A stretch of 64,000 nucleotides of DNA from the NCBI GenBank assembly GCA_963768855.1, contig CAVYJM010000006.1, positions 448,001 through 512,000 on the forward strand, read 5' to 3'. Both the position numbers and the translations under genes were made by a program. A model generated the notes under the pieces. It made no database searches, was not told the DNA's origin, and was given only the letters and a program-made list of their open reading frames with translations. Below, one piece after another: positions 63,463 through 64,000 of the stretch; position 1 is the first letter of the stretch; each line of letters opens with the position of its first letter. The DNA is from an uncultured Thermoplasmata archaeon (GTDB lineage: Archaea > Thermoplasmatota > Thermoplasmata > RBG-16-68-12).

Positions 63463-64000
63463 TACTCCTGGCGGGCGTACTCCTTCGCTTCGATCGATTG
63501 GCCCGCGAGGAGCTTGAGGTCTCCCTGGAGCCACAGGAAGAGGGTCCGCAGGTATCCGTTCTTCTCGAGCCGCCGCACGCTGAGCTCGACGTAGAGGCGG
63601 GCATCGTAGACGATGCGCCCCTTCGCCTTGATGCGGATGCCCACGTCCACATCGTCCGAGTGCGGGAGGTTCCGGTAGCCGCCGATCTCGAGGAACGCGT
63701 CCTTCCGGAAGGCCGAGTTCGTCCCGCCCGTGCCGTACAGCCCCGCGAGGGCCGCGAGGCGAATGATCCCGCGGACGAAGAAGTAGATGAACCGGGCCTT
63801 CCGCCCTCCGTCGAAGGGTCCGTCCGGGCCGCAGACGGCCACCACCTCCGGATCCCGGAAGTCCTCGACGATGTGCTCGAGCCAGTCCGGCGGTAGCCGG
63901 CAGTCCGCGTCCGTCGTGGCGATGATCTCCGCGTTCGCGATCCGCACCCCGTCGTTCCGTGCGCCCCCGATCCCTGGGGACGTCTGCACGATCACCCGAT
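63459..64000 (-). CDS. GT2 family glycosyltransferase (5' end outside the window)
   Basis: GIGGARNDG, IIATTDAD, NSAFRK..GGY..SDD. Confidence 0.88.
   Translation of the reverse strand, partial: RVIVQTSPGIGGARNDGVRIANAEIIATTDADCRLPPDWLEHIVEDFRDPEVVAVCGPDGPFDGGRKARFIYFFVRGIIRLAALAGLYGTGGTNSAFRKDAFLEIGGYRNLPHSDDVDVGIRIKAKGRIVYDARLYVELSVRRLEKNGYLRTLFLWLQGDLKLLAGQSIEAKEYARQEY

Overview
GC-rich archaeal chromosome segment, most consistent with an uncultured Thermoplasmatota/Thermoplasmata lineage (PolD large subunit, unsplit RpoB, RpoA'' with an N-terminal extension, stand-alone 5S rRNA, many leaderless genes about 25-30 nt behind TTTAT/TTAA boxes). Most of it is core genome: polC, rpoH-B-A'-A''-L30e-nusA, rpoK, EF-1beta, ksgA, cdc48, hsp20, PAN, MBF1, mvk, hutI, tupABC, glycosyltransferases, two Rab-like GTPases and a YqhH/YqhG-like helicase pair. 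No CRISPR array, transposase, integrase or intein was seen. Four observations stand out. (1) A tRNA-Lys(UUU) gene with three BHB-type introns (20/21, 37/38, 59/60) at the head of the RNA polymerase operon. (2) A 5S rRNA with a 36-nt structured expansion segment at the E. coli 104/105-equivalent position. (3) Two paralogous giant membrane-spanning proteins (1456 aa and about 2246 aa reconstructed), each with cytoplasmic Zn-ribbon/TPR domains, a (T/V)NG tetrapeptide repeat, one TM helix, a shared extracellular core and a PEF-CTERM-like tail; both sit next to a winged-helix regulator and are linked to a KaiC-like ATPase (separate gene at one locus, fused and degenerate at the other), a candidate undescribed transmembrane signalling system. 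(4) An 85-codon orphan gene bracketed exactly by two copies of a 22-bp palindrome. Four single-base frameshifts (one in mscS, three in the second giant gene) are most simply assembly errors. All family assignments come from motif recognition by eye; no searches were run.
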